Shown piece after piece: positions 60,701 to 64,000 of a stretch of 64,000 bases of DNA. The stretch comes from Cyanophora paradoxa CCMP329 (lineage: Eukaryota; Plantae; Glaucophyta): the NCBI GenBank assembly GCA_004431415.1, contig QPMI01000416.1, positions 124,001-188,000 of the forward strand, in the 5' to 3' direction. Positions within the stretch are counted from its first letter, which is position 1, and every line of letters begins with the position of its first letter. The translations under genes were made by a program, and so were the position numbers. Below the pieces are notes generated by a model. That model was not told where the DNA came from, did not search any database, and was given only the letters and a program-made list of their open reading frames with translations.

Positions 60701-63700
60701 GTTAGGATGGGCGGTGGTTAGGAGGGGCGGCGACGATGATGTTGGGGCGTGGCGGAGGGCGCTGGTGGAGGGCGTGGTGGTTGAGGCGTTGAGGCGTTAG
60801 GAAGGGCGATGTGGAGGCGTGGTGGAGAGCGCTAGGAGGGCGTGCGTGCGTGAGAGTGCAAGGAGGTCAAGACGATAGATAAGAGCGTTGTGAGGGAGGA
60901 CGGGGGAGGGGCGGGGGGGGAGGGGGTAGAGAGAGGGGCGGGGGGGTAGAGCGCACTTAATGAGGTTGAGAAGGTGCTCGCCCGAGCGGACCGCCCCGTC
61001 GATGTACTCCGCCGCCGCTGTACCCCCGAAAGGAGGGAGGGAGGGAGGGAGGGGTTAGGGAGGGAGGGAGGGGGCTCAAGTCTGGCGCTCGACGATGATG
61101 GTGGAGGGCGGCCGGCGTACCCGGGTGGAGGGGGTAGTCCTTAGCCAGCTGCAGCATCCCCAGGACGCTGCGGGGGGGGGGGGGGGAAGGGGCGCGGCGC
61201 GCGTTCAGCCCCGCCCGGAGCCGGACGGGCGGGGCTGTGCGTTCTTTGGGCGGCGCGCGGGACGCACCCGTTTAGCGGCGTGCGCACTGCGTGGCGGTTG
61301 GGTTGGGGCGTGAGAAGGCGACGAAGGACAAGCGCGCAAGGAAGCGACAAAGAAGGCGTGAGAAGGCGACGGTTGGGTTGGGGCGTGAGAAGGCGACGAA
61401 GGACAAGCGCGCAAGGAGGGTCGCCAAGCTAAGCTTTCTTATAAACTCTTCTTAATCAAGCCAAGCTAGGAATAACACGCACTCTCGTGGGACATGGTGG
61501 CGAGGAACTTGCGGGTCTCCTCCGCGCGGATCTCGGCCTTCATCTTGCTCTTCCGCTCCGTCAGGTCCGTCTGCGAAGGACGAAGGGGTCAGAGGGGGGG
61601 CAGGGCGAGGCGCGGCGCCGTCAGATAGATAGATAGATAGATAGATATCGCGGGACGAGGAGTGAGAGAGAGAGACGAGGGTGCCGCCGACGAAGGGAGG
61701 CGATGAGGGCGCCGCTTTAGAACAAGGCTCAAGCTCTTTGAGCTCCTTAGCTTCGCCGCCCTAAACTTGAGCTCAAACTTGTATGCTTCTTAGCGTCATT
61801 CTTTACTGGGCTTCCTTAAGCTTCTTCTTAGCTTTATATTGGCTTCTTTCACGCACGCAGATGCAGCAGACGCCGAGGACGCCGCTCTGGGCGTCCTGGC
61901 GCGTCACCACGCGCATAAGGATGTCCAGCGACTGCGAGCGAAGGGCGAGCGAAGGTAGTGGGTACTACGTAGGATGGAGGGGGGGGGGGTAGACGGGTGC
62001 GAGGGCGCCGCGGGCTCGTGCATGTGATCAGATCACTCACCGGCCGCGAGTCGTCCTTGGAGCGCGTCGCGAACTCGACCTCGCGCCCCTTGGAGCCCAC
62101 CGCGCGGCCCAGCGACGCAGCCTGCCGAGCGAGCGAGGAAGGTTCGATCCTGATTCGATCTGGCCTCGGCCGATTTGATCTCGATAGAACGACGTACCCG
62201 GATCGCCTCGCGGGTCTCGGCGGCGTGCTGAGGGTCCACCACAGAGTCCACGAAGCACTTGCCTGGGGGGGGTACGAGCGGCGTCGGTGAGTGCGGGAGG
62301 GTGGGCGGAGGGGCGGAGGGTACGCGGACCGAGCATGGCGGCGCGCGTCAGCCCGAAGAGCTCCTCCGCCTGCAAACGAAGAAGGGGTCAGAGGGGGGTG
62401 GGGGAGGGTGCAAGTACCGACGTAAGAGCGCTTGGTAAAGGGACCGACGCCCCCGCCAAGTTTTTTTTCTAAGATATAAGAGCCGTCTAAGAACGCCCGC
62501 CCGCCCGCCGCCCCCCGCCTCCGCCCCCGGCCCCGCCCCCGCCCCGCTTGCCTTGGGGTTCCAGTCGGCGATGAGGCCGTCGCGGCAGAGGGTGATCACG
62601 GGCACCGTCACCGCCTCCATCAGCTGCTTCAGGTCTGCGCGGGGCGGGGCGGGGCGGGTCGGGGCATGTCACGAGACCAGCTACTACGCTAGGAACTAGT
62701 TCCTAGGGCGGGGGCGGGGCGGGCGGGGCGGGCGACTCGGGTCCGGTCGGATCGGGTCGGGTGAGCGCGAGGCGGGTCACGGGATTAGCTACTAGGCTAG
62801 GAACTAACTAGTTCCTAGGGCCGGTCGGCTTTTTAGCTCGGCCCCTCGGCCCCTCGGCCCCTCGGCTCCCTAGCTCGGGGCGGGGCAGGGTGGGGCGGTG
62901 CGGGGCGGGGCGGGGCAGGGAAAAGCGTAAAAAGCGTACCCTGGGAGACGAGCTTGAGCTGCCGCGAGACGCCGAGCTTCTCGTTCAGGCCCCACACGCT
63001 CCGCTGCGGGGGGGGGGAAGGTGGGGGGGGGGGGGGGGGGGGAGGGGGGGCGAAGGGGAGGGCGAGGGAAGGGCCCGGCCGCCGTCAGCCTTCTCGGATG
63101 GGGGAGGCGGGGGAAGAGAAGGGGGGTACGGGAGTACCAGGACGGAGAGGGCGGCGAAGTCTCCCGGGCCGAAGTATTCGCTCTGGCCCTTCGTGTATTC
63201 CACCCTGGAGGGGAAAATCAGACCAGATCAGATCAGACAGGATCAGATCAGATCAGATCGCATCGGATTGGATGCGGAGGCGTTGTGAGGGGGGCGAACT
63301 AGCATCACCACGATAGGAGAGAGGGCATAGCCTCTCATGAGAATACAAGAGAGACTATAAGCTCTCTTTATACTGAAGTGTTCTCGGCTTAGCTAGCTAA
63401 TGCGCACCAGAGCTCGAAAGAGTCGCGGGGGTTGAGGTGCCGCCCGGGGCTCTTCAGGTCGGCCTCGCGCCCCGCCCACTTGCGCGTCGTCGAGAGCTCC
63501 TCGCGAAAGTACATCACGATCGACCCTGCGCGGGTGGATTCGACACGTCAGAGACGCACGTCGGCTTAGCGGACCAGAGACGCAGAAGCTCGAGCGCCGG
63601 CCGCAGCGTTAGTTGGTTAGTTGGCCCCTGCTTCACGCACCGCTTGAGAGGCGCGTGGCGAGGACGCCGCAGATCCCCTTGGGCGGGGGTATGCTCGACG

Positions 63701-64000
63701 GGATGTCCCGGGTCTGGCAGGAGGGTGGGAAAGAGTTAGTCAGGAAAGAAAGAGTTAGTTAGTCTAAGATCTTGAGATCCAAAAGGATCCATTAAAAGAA
63801 GGCCCTTGATCTGAGGTCGCACCCAGAAGTCGGAGGCGAAGACCTCGTCCTGGCCCGCCGAGGCCCGCTTCACGCACTCGCGCTCCACGAAGGCCGCAAG
63901 GTGCAGCACCTGCCGGCGCGGCGGGGCGGGATCAGGCTCGGGGAGGGCTGCCGGGCTCGCCTCGGCTCGCTAGTGGGACCCTCTAAAAGACCGCCCGAGC
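51704..64000 (-). CDS. phytochrome sensor hybrid histidine kinase (PHY-PAS-HisKA-HATPase-REC-REC); 5' PAS-GAF part lies outside the window
   Basis: PHY tongue YFREE...KWAG...HLNPRDSFELW (63407-63524); PAS VPVITLCRDGLIADWNPK|AEELFG; H-box FLATMSHE|MRTPLNG; N-box QILLNYLSN|GVKFT; G1 FDVTDNGVGI; G2 GGTGL|GLAIC; two receivers LLVVE|DNQIN...DVILM|DCEMP...LAKP and VLIAEDNP|IN...ILMDCE|MP...TTKP. Stop at 51704. Confidence 0.93.
61296..61417. repeat. intronic tandem duplication in phytochrome gene
   Basis: GGTTGGGTTGGGGCGTGAGAAGGCGACGAAGGACAAGCGCGCAAGGA occurs twice. Confidence 0.9.

Noticed and set aside
1-64000. tRNA, rRNA, transposase, reverse transcriptase or viral genes
   Set aside because: No such motifs or structures were recognised by eye. 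tRNAscan-SE or Infernal would be needed to exclude small RNAs.

Overview
This is GC-rich, gene-dense eukaryotic nuclear DNA with very many short spliceosomal introns (donors GTGCGC, GTACCC and often GC; acceptors mostly CGCAG or CCCCAG). Most ORF-track entries are therefore exon fragments or GC-rich noise. All gene models were spliced by eye and their ends are approximate. The phytochrome architecture and micro-exon style suggest a glaucophyte-like alga such as Cyanophora (inference). About 18 genes can be reconstructed: a RING-H2 E3, an NH3-dependent NAD synthetase, a permuted papain-like protein, DUF1349, an OTU deubiquitinase, a family-16 methyltransferase, an F-box protein, an ankyrin protein, a large Cys-rich repeat protein in an AT-richer island, dienelactone hydrolase, a winged-helix-Swi5 fusion, a coiled-coil HECT E3, a CRM/YhbY protein, a Regnase-type NYN nuclease, three hypothetical proteins, and the 3' part of a phytochrome (PHY-PAS-HisKA-HATPase-REC-REC). 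Two mobile-element-like insertions are visible: a 418-bp hAT-type MITE with an 8-bp TSD, and an 835-bp minisatellite-bearing insert with a 16-bp TSD. The most unusual signal is that at least seven phytochrome introns contain 'echo' copies of the preceding exon's 3' end plus its splice donor. Where these copies differ from the real exon, they differ mainly at codon third positions.
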